A stretch of 64,000 nt of DNA, taken from assembly GCA_028534125.1 (NCBI GenBank), contig CM052816.1, positions 21,206,001-21,270,000 on the forward strand. Reading direction: 5' to 3'. This DNA comes from Lama glama (Eukaryota). The translations under genes were made by a program, and so were the position numbers. Below are positions 36,501-47,299 of this stretch, in pieces. Position 1 is the stretch's first letter. Every line of letters starts with the position of its first letter. The notes beneath the pieces are model-generated. The model had not been told where the DNA came from. It saw nothing but the letters and a program-made list of their open reading frames with translations, and ran no database searches.

Positions 36501-36637
36501 TTCCATTTGTAGAAGATCTTTTTTGCTAGGTTCCAGTCTTTTTTTGATGGTTGTTTAGCATTCAGTTGTGGTTTTGTTGTAGTTGTGAGGAGAGGCAAGC
36601 TCGTGGTCCTTCCACTCCACCATCTTGACAGGAACTC
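33575..36637 (-). mobile_element. HAL1-like (ORF1-only, half-L1) non-autonomous retrotransposon, ~3.06 kb
   Basis: Order on the minus strand: L1-type 5' end (caagatggtggagtgg) and 5'UTR; degraded ORF1 35690->34833; spacer ending gacctacaaaa; inverted ORF2 scraps; L1MC-like 3'UTR; A-rich tail. No sense ORF2. Confidence 0.6.
34833..35690 (-). pseudogene. Degraded L1 ORF1p of the HAL1-like element
   Basis: Fragments MRWQRNIFQAK*, ...ELENIKNIQTELKNKIIEMNNTLEG..., NIRIIGVPEREE and RINPKRNTPRHIVIKL...PARLSF...LKDLL*. Contains internal stops and a frameshift. Confidence 0.85.
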
Positions 36638-37156
36638 TGCTATAGTTCTTATTATTTATTTTCTTCTGCTTATTTTGGATTTAATTTACTCTTCCTTTTC
36701 TAGTTTCCTAAAGAAAAACTTAGATGATTGATTTTAGAGCTTTCTTCTTTTCTAATATATGTTTTCAATGCTATAATTTTTCCTCTAAGCACTGCTTTTA
36801 CCACATCCCACAAAATTTGATAAGTTGTGTTTTTATTTTCATTTAGTTAAAAATATTGTTTAATTTCTCTTGAGATTTCTTCTTTGACCCCTGTGTTATT
36901 TAGAAGTGTTTTGTTTAATCTCCATATATTTTGGGATTTCCCATCTTTCTTTCTGTTATTGATTTCTGGTTTAATTCCATTGTGGTCTGAGAGCAGGTAC
37001 TGTTATGATTTCTATTCTAATTTTGTTAAAATGTGTTTTATGGTCCCAAACTGTCTATCTTGGTAAATCTTCTGTGTGAGCTTGAGAAAAATATACATTC
37101 TCCTGTTGTTGGATGAAGTAGTCTACAGTGTGCATTATATGCAGTTGATTGATGGT

Positions 37157-37765
37157 TAGTATCTGCAAATCTCCAACTCCCAATTTATCCCTTCCCACCC
37201 CCTTTCCCCCTGGTAACCATAAGTTTGTTTTCTATGTCTGTGAGTCTGTTTCTGTTTTATAAATAAGTTCATTTGTGTCTATTTTTAGATTCCACATGTA
37301 AATGATATCATATGATATTTGCCTTTCTCTGACTGACTTACTTCACTAAGTGTGATGATCTCTAAGTCCATCCATGTTGTCACCAATGACATTATTTCTT
37401 TCCTTTTTATGGCTGAGTAGTATTACATTGTATAAACATACCACAACTTCCTTATCCAGTCATCTGTTGATGGACATTTAGGTTGCTTCCATGTCTTGGC
37501 TATTGTAAATAGTGCTGCTGTGAACACTGGGGTGTACGTATCTTTTCAAATTACAGTTTTTGTCTTTTCCGGATATATGCCCAGGAATGGGATTGCTGGA
37601 TCATACGGTAAGTCTATTTTTTGTTTTTTAAGCACTCTCCATACTGTTTTCCACAATGGCTGCATCAAACTGCATTCCCACCAACAGTGTAGGAGGGTTC
37701 TCTTTTCTCCACACCCTCTCCAGGATTTATTGTTTGTGGACTTTTTAATGATGGCCATTCTGACT
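37157..37765 (-). mobile_element. Lineage L1 3' fragment
   Basis: ORF2 C-terminal CCHC region (ORF 37546..37758 ...[17 protein letters not shown]...). Similar to 13540-14137. Confidence 0.8.
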
Positions 37766-39516
37766 CAAAACTATATATATGAAAAAATTCAGTGGACTGC
37801 CTCAATCCCCCCTCACAGATAATATTTTTATTAGTTTTTTGTGTATCCTTGGTTTATGTAAATATGAGCAAGTATGAGTATATGGTCTTATTTTTCTCTT
37901 GTTCTTTCTCATGAGGTAGCATCCTATATACCTTTTGCATCTTGCTTTTTCTCATTTTTTTATAAAAAGATATTTCTGTATTCACACTTAGAGAGTTTGG
38001 GACATTTAAAAAATGTTTTATGACCTTTCCTTTCCAGTTTATCTCTTTTCTCTCTAATTGCAACTACATTTTTTGATTATATTCTTCCTGGGCTGGTGCT
38101 CTAATTTTGTCTTTTTCTCTTTTTTTTAATTTAAAAATGTTCTCTTTTTCAGGGTATGTCTATACCATTATCTTCCATCCCAAGGGTATTATACTTTTCT
38201 CTGAATGTGTATGTGTGCCTAATAGCACCATGTTCTTATTTCATTTATGAATATCTTTACTTAGCAATCTGAAAATTTCACCGATAATTGGTATTTTTTT
38301 TAAAGTTTCCTCCTCCATACTTTATTTCCTCAACATTTAAAAAAATTTATTTTGATCTTTTTCTTTCATGTTATGGGCTTCCCTTAGATGTCAGGTGATC
38401 CTGGATTCCCTGATCATATTTAAGAGTGAAATACTAACAGCAGATTGAAAGCCTTGAATGTATGGTGGTGGTGGTGGTGGTGTTCACTGGAGGGCCATTG
38501 GCTTGTTGTTTCCCATGGGACCTCCCATGTTAGCTTTGTTAGGTCATCTTTTAGCAGGTGGGGCAACCTCCCCAGAAAAGAATCGCCACATCTCCAGCCT
38601 GGGTGACAGCATTTTGGCAGCCAAACAATGAACAGAATACTGGGCATAGGGGACCCAGCATCTGTTAATTGTTAGTGCCCTGATTTCAGCACAACTAGGC
38701 CACCCTCAACTGTGTGCACTGTTTCTTAGTCCAGATACCCTCTCCAGAGAAAAAATACTTCCATCTTCTGCTGGAGTTGGGTCATTCAAGTTCCAGGAGT
38801 GGAAATAGGGATTTAACTGCTTCTTAAACCAAGTTTCAACTTATTTTCGCCACTCTCCATCCAGAGGTACTTGGTCTTCTGCCTGTTCCTCAGTGTTTGG
38901 GGAGCCTACATCAAAAGAGGTCTCAGCTGCTCTGTGGCTGTCTTAGGATTCTGTTTTCTTGGGTCAGCCCAATAGTCTGCCTGTTGTCAATCTGCTTTCT
39001 ACCCTTAACAGTACTGTTGCTACTGTCCTTTTCTCCCACTTTGGTGGGTTTAAATCTTTTGAAGATTCAGTTACTATCATATTACTGGATTATCATGTGG
39101 GAGTTCATGTGTTCATTCCATTGTTTTTACTTGGAATATATAAGCAATGAGAAGCAAACACTAATCTTGCATCCCTTTGATCTGGCACTGATAACACCTC
39201 AGTATCTATTAACAGTCCTTTTTCTATGCATGTTTATGTTTTGTTAACAAAAATGGGATAATACTCCATATAACTTTTACCATCCTTTTTTTCACTTAAA
39301 ATATATGAAGCACATTCTCCAATATCAGTTTTCTACATTTAAAAGAATACACAAAGATGTTGTTGTGGAAAGTGCAGATGTGCGATATGCAAAGAAAGAG
39401 AAATCCCCCATAATCTCAGCATCCAAATAACAATCACTGTAATATCCTGCCATCTATCTGGCATTCTAGTAGGTGGATGTGTGCATGATAAGTATTTCAT
39501 TCTTAAACTAAAAATG

Positions 39517-39632
39517 GCAGGAAGGGTATAGCTTAAGTGGTAGAGTGCATGCATGCACAAGATCCTGGGTTTGATCCCCTGTACCTCCTCTAAAAATAAA
39601 TAAATAAATTACTCCCTATCCCCTGAAAAAAA
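39517..39632 (+). mobile_element. tRNA-derived SINE (Vic-1-like)
   Basis: ggaagggtatagcttaagtggtagagtg...gggtttgatcccc followed by an (aaat)n tail. 13-bp TSD TAAACTAAAAATG at 39504-39516 and 39633-39645. Confidence 0.8.
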
Positions 39633-39759
39633 TAAACTAAAAATGAAATATTTGCTTTTGTAAATATTCGGCCTAGTGTAGAAGACATATTGTAAGCAAA
39701 TAATTATAAATAGCTCACACAACAATGTGTGTGTATATATGTATATATATAAAGCAGAT

Positions 39760-40165
39760 AGTGGCAAGTACAATGGAGAGAAAAAGACAGGGAGACAGGC
39801 AAAATGGATATTATTATATGCTGTTATATATGAGATGGTGCTTCTCACTGAGAAGGTGTCATTTGAGCAAGACTGAAAAGATGTGAGGGAGTGACAAGAC
39901 AGATACCTGGGGAAGAGTTTTCCATGCTCAAGGAACAGCAAGTGCAAAAGCCCTACAGCAGGAGAATGCCCATTGTGTTGAGGATTAGCAAGGAAGCTGG
40001 CATATCTGGAAGGAGTGAGGGGGAGCATGGTAAGATGCTGTCAAAGAGGTCACCAGGACCAGAGCATACAGAGCCTTGTAGCCACTATGAGGAAAGGGGC
40101 TCTCATGATGAGTGAACTAGGGGGCCAGTGGAGGTTTTGAGCAAAGGAGTTATGTGACTTTACTT
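39760..40165 (-). mobile_element. L2 fragment
   Basis: gagaaggtgtcatttgagcaagactgaa...ggaacagcaagtgcaaaagccct is antisense L2. Confidence 0.65.
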
Positions 40166-42013
40166 TTTTCTTTTTCAAAGAAACTTGTTTTTAATTAGTT
40201 TTAGACTTGTAGAAAAGTTACAAAAATAGTACAGAGAGTCTCAATATTCTCCTGTACCCAGCTTCCTCTAATGGTAGCATCTGACATAATCATATTGCAA
40301 TGATAAAAACAGAAAAATTAACATTGGTTTACTATCAAGTAAACTACAGACCTTATCCTAATTTCAACAGTGTTTCCACTAATGTCCTGTTCCTGTTCCA
40401 AGATCTAACCCAGGAATCCACACTGCATTTAGTTATTAGTTCTCCTTAGTCTCATGCATCCTGAAACAGTTCTTCAGTCTTTTCTTGTCTTTCATAATCT
40501 TGGCACTTTCAGTATTGATCAGTTATGTTGTGAAATGTTCCTAAATTCCAGTCTTCCTGATGTTTTCTCATAACTGAAATGAAGTTACACATTTTTGGCA
40601 GGAGTATCACAGAAATGAAATTGTGTCCTTCTCAGTGCATGTCAGAGGGTTCACGATGCCACTGTCTTTTTATAGTGATGTTCACCTTGATCACTTGGTT
40701 AAACTGGTTTTTACCAGGTTTCTCCACTGTAAAGTTACTTTCTCTTTTCAGTTAATAAATATATTGAGATAGTTTGAGACTATAAAAATTCTGTTTCTCC
40801 TCAAACTTGTGCCCACTAATATTGGTAACCATCAGTGGACCTTGTCTGAAATAATTTTTACTATGGATGTATTTGTCTAGTAGTGATTTTTCTTTTTCCT
40901 TCTTTTCTTCTACATCTATCATTTGTCATTCTACTATAAAGAAGAGCTGTTCCTTGTCCCTCTTTCATTTATCTAATTAAGTAAAATATTGCTGTGGTTT
41001 ATGTCAAAGAGTGTTTAGTTTGTGTTTTCCTCTAGGAGTTTTATAGTATCTAGTCTTACATTTAGGTCTTTATCCATTTTGAGTTTATTTCTGTATATGG
41101 TGTTAGAGAATGTTCTAATTTCATTCTTTTACATGTAGCTATCCAGTTTCCCCAGCACCATTTATTGAAGAGATTGTCTCTTCTCCATTGGATATTATTG
41201 CCTCCTCTGTCATAGATTAACTGACCATAAGTGCATAGGTTTATTTCTGGGCTGAGCTCTTTATCCTGTTCCATTGGTCTATGTGGCTGTTTTTGTGCCT
41301 GTACTATACTGTTTTGATGACTATAGCTTTGTAGTATAGTCTGAAGTCACAGAATGTGATTCCTCCAGCTCCATTTTAACAATATTAATTCTTCCAATCC
41401 AAGAACAAGGCATATCTTTCCATCTGTTTGTGTCATCTTCAATTTCTTGCATCTGGGTTTTTTCCTCCTTTGGTAGGTTTATTCCTAGGTATTTTTTTCT
41501 TTTTGATGCAATGGTAAATGAGATTGTTCCCTTAATTTCTCTTTCTGATAGTTCATTGTTAGTGTATAGAAATGCAACAGATTTCTGTGTATTAATTTTG
41601 TATCCAGCAACTGATGAGCTCTTATCTAGTAGTTTCCTGGTGGTGTCTTTAGATTTTAGGTATAGCATCATATGGGCAAACAATGACAGTTTTACATCTT
41701 CCTTTCCAGTTTTATTTTGTTCTTCTGTGATTTCTGTGGCTAAGACTTCCAAAACCTTGTTAAATAAAAGTGGTGACAGAGGCCATTCTTTTCTTGTTCC
41801 TGATATTAGAGGAAGTACTTTAAGCTTTTCACCATTGATTATGATGTTAGCTGTGGGTTTGTCTTATATGGGCCTTATTATGTTGAGGTCTGTTCCCTCT
41901 ATGTGTACTTTCTGGAGAGATTGTATCATAAATGGATGTTGAATTTTATCAAAAGCTTTTTCTGCATCCGTTGAGGTGATCATGTGGTTTTTATCCTTCA
42001 ATTTGTTAATGTG

Positions 42014-42099
42014 CCTGAAAAATTGTGCTGAACACTGGAATTTGACACAACACTGTAAAATGATTATGAATCAATAAAAAATTTTAAAAAATGTTAAAA
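42014..42099 (+). mobile_element. Extremely 5'-truncated young L1 (86 bp)
   Basis: Matches 15888-15960. 14-bp TSD AATTTGTTAATGTG at 42000-42013 and 42100-42113. Confidence 0.85.
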
Positions 42100-42958
42100 A
42101 ATTTGTTAATGTGGTGTATCAGATTGATTATTTACAGATACTGAAAAATCCTTACATCCCTGGGATAAATCCTACTTGATCATGGTATGTGATCTTTATA
42201 ATGCATTGTTGAAGTTGGTTTACTAGTATTTTGTTGAGGATTTTTGCACCTATGTTCATCAGTGATATTGGCCTGTAATTATCTTTTTTGTGATATCTTT
42301 ATCTGGCTTTGGTATCAGAGTGATGCTGGTCTCAGAATGAGTTTGGAAGTGTTCCTTCCTCTGTAATTTTTGGGAATAGTTTCAGAAGAATTGGTGTTAA
42401 CTCTTCTCTAAATGATTGGTAGAATTCACCTGTGAGGCCATCTGGTCCTGAACTTTTTGTTTGTTGGGAGTTTTTAAACTACTGTTTCAATTTCATTACT
42501 GGAAATCAGTCTGTTCATATTTTCTATTTCTTCCCAGTTCATTCTTAGGAGATTGTATCTTTCTAAAAATTTGTCAATTTCTTCTACATTGTCCATTTTA
42601 TTGCCATCTAGTTGTTTGTAGTGGTCTCTGATGTTCCTTTGTATTTCTGTGGTGTTGGTTGTAACTTCTTTTTCATTTCTAATTTTATTGATTTGGACCC
42701 TCTCCCTTTTTATTCTTGATGAGTCTAGCTAAAGGTTTATCAGTTTTGTTTATCTTTTCAAAGGACCAGCTTTTAATTTCATTTTTTTCTATCTTTTCAG
42801 CCTCTATTTCATTTATTTCTGCTCTTCTACTAACTTTGGGTTTTGTTTGTTCTTTCTCTAGCTTCTTTAGTTGTAAGATTAGGCTGTTTATTTGAGATTT
42901 TTCTTGTTTCCTGAAGTAGGCTTGTACTGCTATAAACTTCCCTCCTAGAACTGCTTTT

Positions 42959-43685
42959 TTTTTTTAACATTTTTTATTGATTTATAATCATGTTACAATG
43001 TTGTGTCAAATTCCAGTGTTCAGCACAATTTTTCAGTCATTCATNNNNNNNNNNNNNNNNNNNNNNNNNNNNNNNNNNNNNNNNNNNNNNNNNNNNNNNN
43101 NNNNNNNNNNNNNNNNNNNNNNNNNNNNNNNNNNNNNNNNNNNNNNNNNNNNNNNNNNNNNNNNNNNNNNNNNNNNNNNNNNNNNNNNNNNNNNNNNNNN
43201 NNNNNNNNNNNNNNNNNNNNNNNNNNNNNNNNNNNNNNNNNNNNNNNNNNNNNNNNNNNNNNNNNNNNNNNNNNNNNNNNNNNNNNNNNNNNNNNNNNNN
43301 NNNNNNNNNNNNNNNNNNNNNNNNNNNNNNNNNNNNNNNNNNNNNNNNNNNNNNNNNNNNNNNNNNNNNNNNNNNNNNNNNNNNNNNNNNNNNNNNNNNN
43401 NNNNNNNNNNNNNNNNNNNNNNNNNNNNNNNNNNNNNNNNNNNNNNNNNNNNNNNNNNNNNNNNNNNNNNNNNNNNNNNNNNNNNNNNNNNNNNNNNNNN
43501 NNNNNNNNNNNNNNNNNNNNNNNNNNNNNNNNNNNNNNNNNNNNTTTAGATTCCACATATGAGCGATCTCATATGGTATTTTTCTTTCTCTTTCTGGCTT
43601 ACTTCACTTAGAATGACATTCTCCAGGAGCATCCATGTTGCTGCAAATGGCATTATGTTGTCGGTTTTTATGGCTGAGTAGTATT
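42959..43685 (-). mobile_element. Young L1 3' end spanning the assembly gap
   Basis: 14-bp TSD CTAGAACTGCTTTT at 42945-42958 and 43686-43699. Both gap flanks match the copy at 15546-15964. Confidence 0.85.
43045..43544. other. Assembly gap (500 N)
   Basis: Run of exactly 500 n. Confidence 1.
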
Positions 43686-46600
43686 CTAGAACTGCTTTTA
43701 ATGAGTCCCACAGGTTTTGGATTGTTGTCTTTTTGTTTTCATTTGTCTCTAGGTATTTTGAAAATTTCTTCATTGATTTGTTCAGTGATCCATTAGTTAT
43801 TTAGTAGCATATTGTTCATCCTCCATGTGTTTGTGGTTTTTGGTTTTTGCAGATTTTTTTCTTGTAGCTGATGTTTAGTCTCATAGCATTGTAGTCAGAA
43901 AAGATGCATATATATAATTTCAATTTTCTTAAATTTACCAAGGCTTGTTTTGTAGCCTACCATGTGATCTATCCTAGAGAATGTTCCATGTGCACTTGAA
44001 AATAATGAATATTCTGCTGCTTTCAGATGGAATGCTATCTATATATATATCAGTTAAGTCCATTTGGTCTAATGTGTCATTTAAGACCTGTGTTTCCTTA
44101 TTGATTTTTTGTCTAAATGATCTGTCCATTGATGTATGTGGGGTGTTAAAGTCCCCCACTATTACTGTGTTACTGTTGATTTCTCCTTTTATGTCTGTTA
44201 ATACTTGCCTTATATATTTGGGTGCTCCAATGTTAGGTACAAATATATTTATAACTGTTATATCTTCTTCTAGGATTTATTCCTTGATCATTATGTAGTG
44301 TCCTTTTTTGTTTTTTGTAACAGTTTTTATTTTAAAGTCTATTTTGTCTGATACAAGTGTCGCTACTTTAGCTTTCTTTTGATTTCCATTTGTATGGAAT
44401 ATCTTTTTCCATTCCCTCACTTTTAGTCTGTGTGTATGTGTCCCTAGACCTGAAGTGAGATTCTTGTAGACAGCATATATATGAGTCTTGTTTTTGTATC
44501 CATTCAACTACTCTTTGTCTTTTGGTTGGACCATTTTGTCCATTTACATTTAAGGTAATTATCAGTATGTATGTTCTTATAGCCATTTTGTTAATAGTTT
44601 TGGATTTATTTTTCTAGGTCTCCTCCCACCCCTTTCTTCTTTTGTTCTCGTCTCTTGTGGTTTAATGAGTATCTTGAGTGTTATATTTGGGTTTCTTTTT
44701 CTCTTGTTTTTATGTCTGTTATCAATTTTTGGTTTGTAGTTACCATGAGGTTTTGGTATATATATACATATATATGATTGTTTCAAGTTGCTGATCTCTT
44801 AATTTCAGATGCATTTTAAAAACTCTGCATTTGTACTCTCCTCCCCTCATGATTACTGTTTTTGATATGATATTTTACATCTAATTGTTTTGTGTATCCC
44901 TTAGCTGCTTATTGTGGATATAGATAATTTTACCACTTTTGTTTTTTAATCTCCCTACCAGCTTTGTGTGTAGATGATTTCCTACCTTTACTGTATGTTT
45001 GTCTTTACCAGTGAGCTTTTTCATTTCATAATTTTCCTGTTTCTAGTTGTGATCTTTTCTTTTTTTCATAGAGAAGTTCCTTTAACATTTGTTGTAAAGC
45101 TGGTTTGGTGGCGCTGAACTCCTTCAGCTTTTGCTGGTCTGTAAAGCTTTTGATTTCACCGTCAAATCTGAACAAGAACCTTGCTGCTTAGAGTATTCTT
45201 GGTTATAGGTTTTTCCCTTTCATCACTTTAAATATATTGTGCCACTTCCTTCTGGTCTGCAGAGTTTCTACTGGAAAACTAGCTGATAGTCTTATGAGAT
45301 TTCTTTTGTATGTTATTTGTTGCTTTTCCCTTGTTGCTTTTAATATTCTCTCTTTATCTTTAATTGTCATTTTAATTACAGTGTGTCTTGGCGTGTTCTT
45401 CTTCAGGCTAGTTTTTTATGGGACTCTCTGTGCTTCCTAGACATGGATGACTATTTCCTTTCCCAGGTTAGGGAATTTTTCAGCTATTATGTTCAAATAT
45501 TTCCTCAGGCCCTTTCTCTCTTTCTTTTCCTTCTGGGACCCTTATAATGTAAATATTAGTGTGCTTGGTGTGTCCCAGAGATCTCTTAAACTGTCCTCAT
45601 TTCTTTCATTCTTTTCCCTTTTTTTTTCCTGTTCAGTGGCAGTGATTTCCACTACTCTGTCTTCCAGCTTACTAATCTGTTCCTCTGTATCATTTAGTCT
45701 ACTACTGATTCCTTCTATTGTATTTTTCATTTCAGTTATTGTATTCCTCTTCTCTGTTTGGTTTTCCTTTATATTTTCTAACTCTGTTAAAAACTTTTAA
45801 CTTCTCACTCTGTGCATCCATTCTTTTCCAGTGCACCCTCATTTTGTCACCCAAAGTATATGCTCTAGGGGTTCCCTCTAAGAGGGCTGTGTAGATCCTT
45901 CTGTTTTGGTGGGCTGGCTGTGTGGGTGATCTGGAAGGTTTGGTTGGCCCCTAGCTCGATTGGTTGCCAGGTCCTGTCTTGTATTAATGCTGCTGGCTGC
46001 TGGTTAGCAGGGCCTGGTCATGAGGTGGCTGGCTGCAGAAGCTTAGAGAGCCCCACGGCTAGTGCTGGCTCACTGGTGGGTGGAGACAGGGTCTCAAAGA
46101 CTCCAGGGGTGGTTTCCCACTCACTGGCCAGCTCCAGTTCCTGGAGTCTGGTTGCAGGGCTCAGGGATCCCAGAGTTCATTTCAGATAGTTGGTGAGGGG
46201 GACCAGTTGTCCTGACACAGCTGGGTATGGGGTTTGAGGTCTCCCAAACTTGCATTAGCCTGCTAGTGGACAGGGCAAGTCCTGTCTACAGCGAGTCCCA
46301 GGGTAGTGTCTGGCCTCCTGTCAGCAGGCTGGGTCCTCAGGCTATGGGATCATGGTTTTCTTATTTGGTGTCTGCCCTCTGGCGGGTGAGGCTGGTCTAG
46401 AGGCTTGTGCAGGCTTCCTGGAGGGCAGGGCTGGTGCCCACCCACTGCTGGGTAGAGCTGGGTCTTGGCCCTCTGGTGGGCAGGGCCATGTCTGGAGCAT
46501 ATCTAGACGTGACTGTGGGCTCAGGAAGTCTTTAGGCAGCCTGTCTCCTGATGGGTGGGGCTATGCTCCTGCCCAGTTAATAGGGCCTGAGGCATCGCAG

Positions 46601-47299
46601 CACTAGAGCCTGCAGGCTGCTGGGTGGCGCCAAGTCTTGGCACTAATTAGCTAGAGGGAGGATCCCAAGAAGGCAGACACTAGCAATAGTGTTCATGCTG
46701 TAGAATATTCCCAAATAAGGCTGCTATCAGCATATTTGTCCCCAGGGTGAGCTGCAGCCACCAACCCCTGTCCCCACCTCTCTGGGAGACTCTCCAAGAC
46801 CAGCAGGTAGGTCTGGAACAGGCTCTTGTCAAGTTACTGCCTTTGCCATGCATCCTGGTGAGCATGAGATTTTGTGTGTGCCTTTTAAGAGTGAAGTCTC
46901 TATTTTCTGTAGTCCCTAAGGACTCCTGAAATTAAACCCCACTGGCCTTCAAAGTCAAATGCTTTGGGGAGTTATCGTCCCAGTACAGGATACCTTAGCA
47001 GGAAAGCCTGATGTGGGGCTCATAACTCTCACTCCTATGGGAGAACCTCTGCAATATAATTTTTCTCCAGTTTGTAGGTTGTCCACTTGGGGTATGGGAC
47101 TTGATTTTATCGTGAGCCCATACCTCCTACCTGTCTCATTGTGGTTCCTTCTTTATGTCTTTAGTTGTAGAAGACCTTTTCCCATAATTTCTAATGTTTT
47201 TCATTGATGATTGTTCTGCAGATGGTTGTGATTTTGGTTTGCTCCTGAGAGGACTGAGCCCAGGGTCTTTGTACTCCATTATCTTTGCTGATCTCCTCT

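Larger units (their letters stand above)
30650..37155 (-). mobile_element. Old L1 (L1MC-like 3' end plus degraded ORF2) hosting later insertions
   Basis: 3' end gagcagttttagattcatagcaaaattgagcagaaagtacaga. Antisense ORF2 relics run to ~33570 and resume at ~36640. Confidence 0.7.
40985..47298 (-). mobile_element. Long L1 (5'UTR, ORF1, most of ORF2; 3' end missing), degraded
   Basis: ORF2 start MAIRTYILIITLNVNG at 44586. Endonuclease motif GDFNTP at ~44150. ORF1 coiled-coil (ORF 45542..45730). GC-rich 5'UTR ~45850-47298. Confidence 0.85.

Noticed and set aside
39517..39590. tRNA gene (also 7100-7175)
   Set aside because: Degenerate cloverleaf, A-rich tail and TSDs indicate SINE copies.
42977..43611. 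Long ORFs of 171-202 aa in the ORF track
   Set aside because: They are artefacts of the 500-N gap (poly-X).
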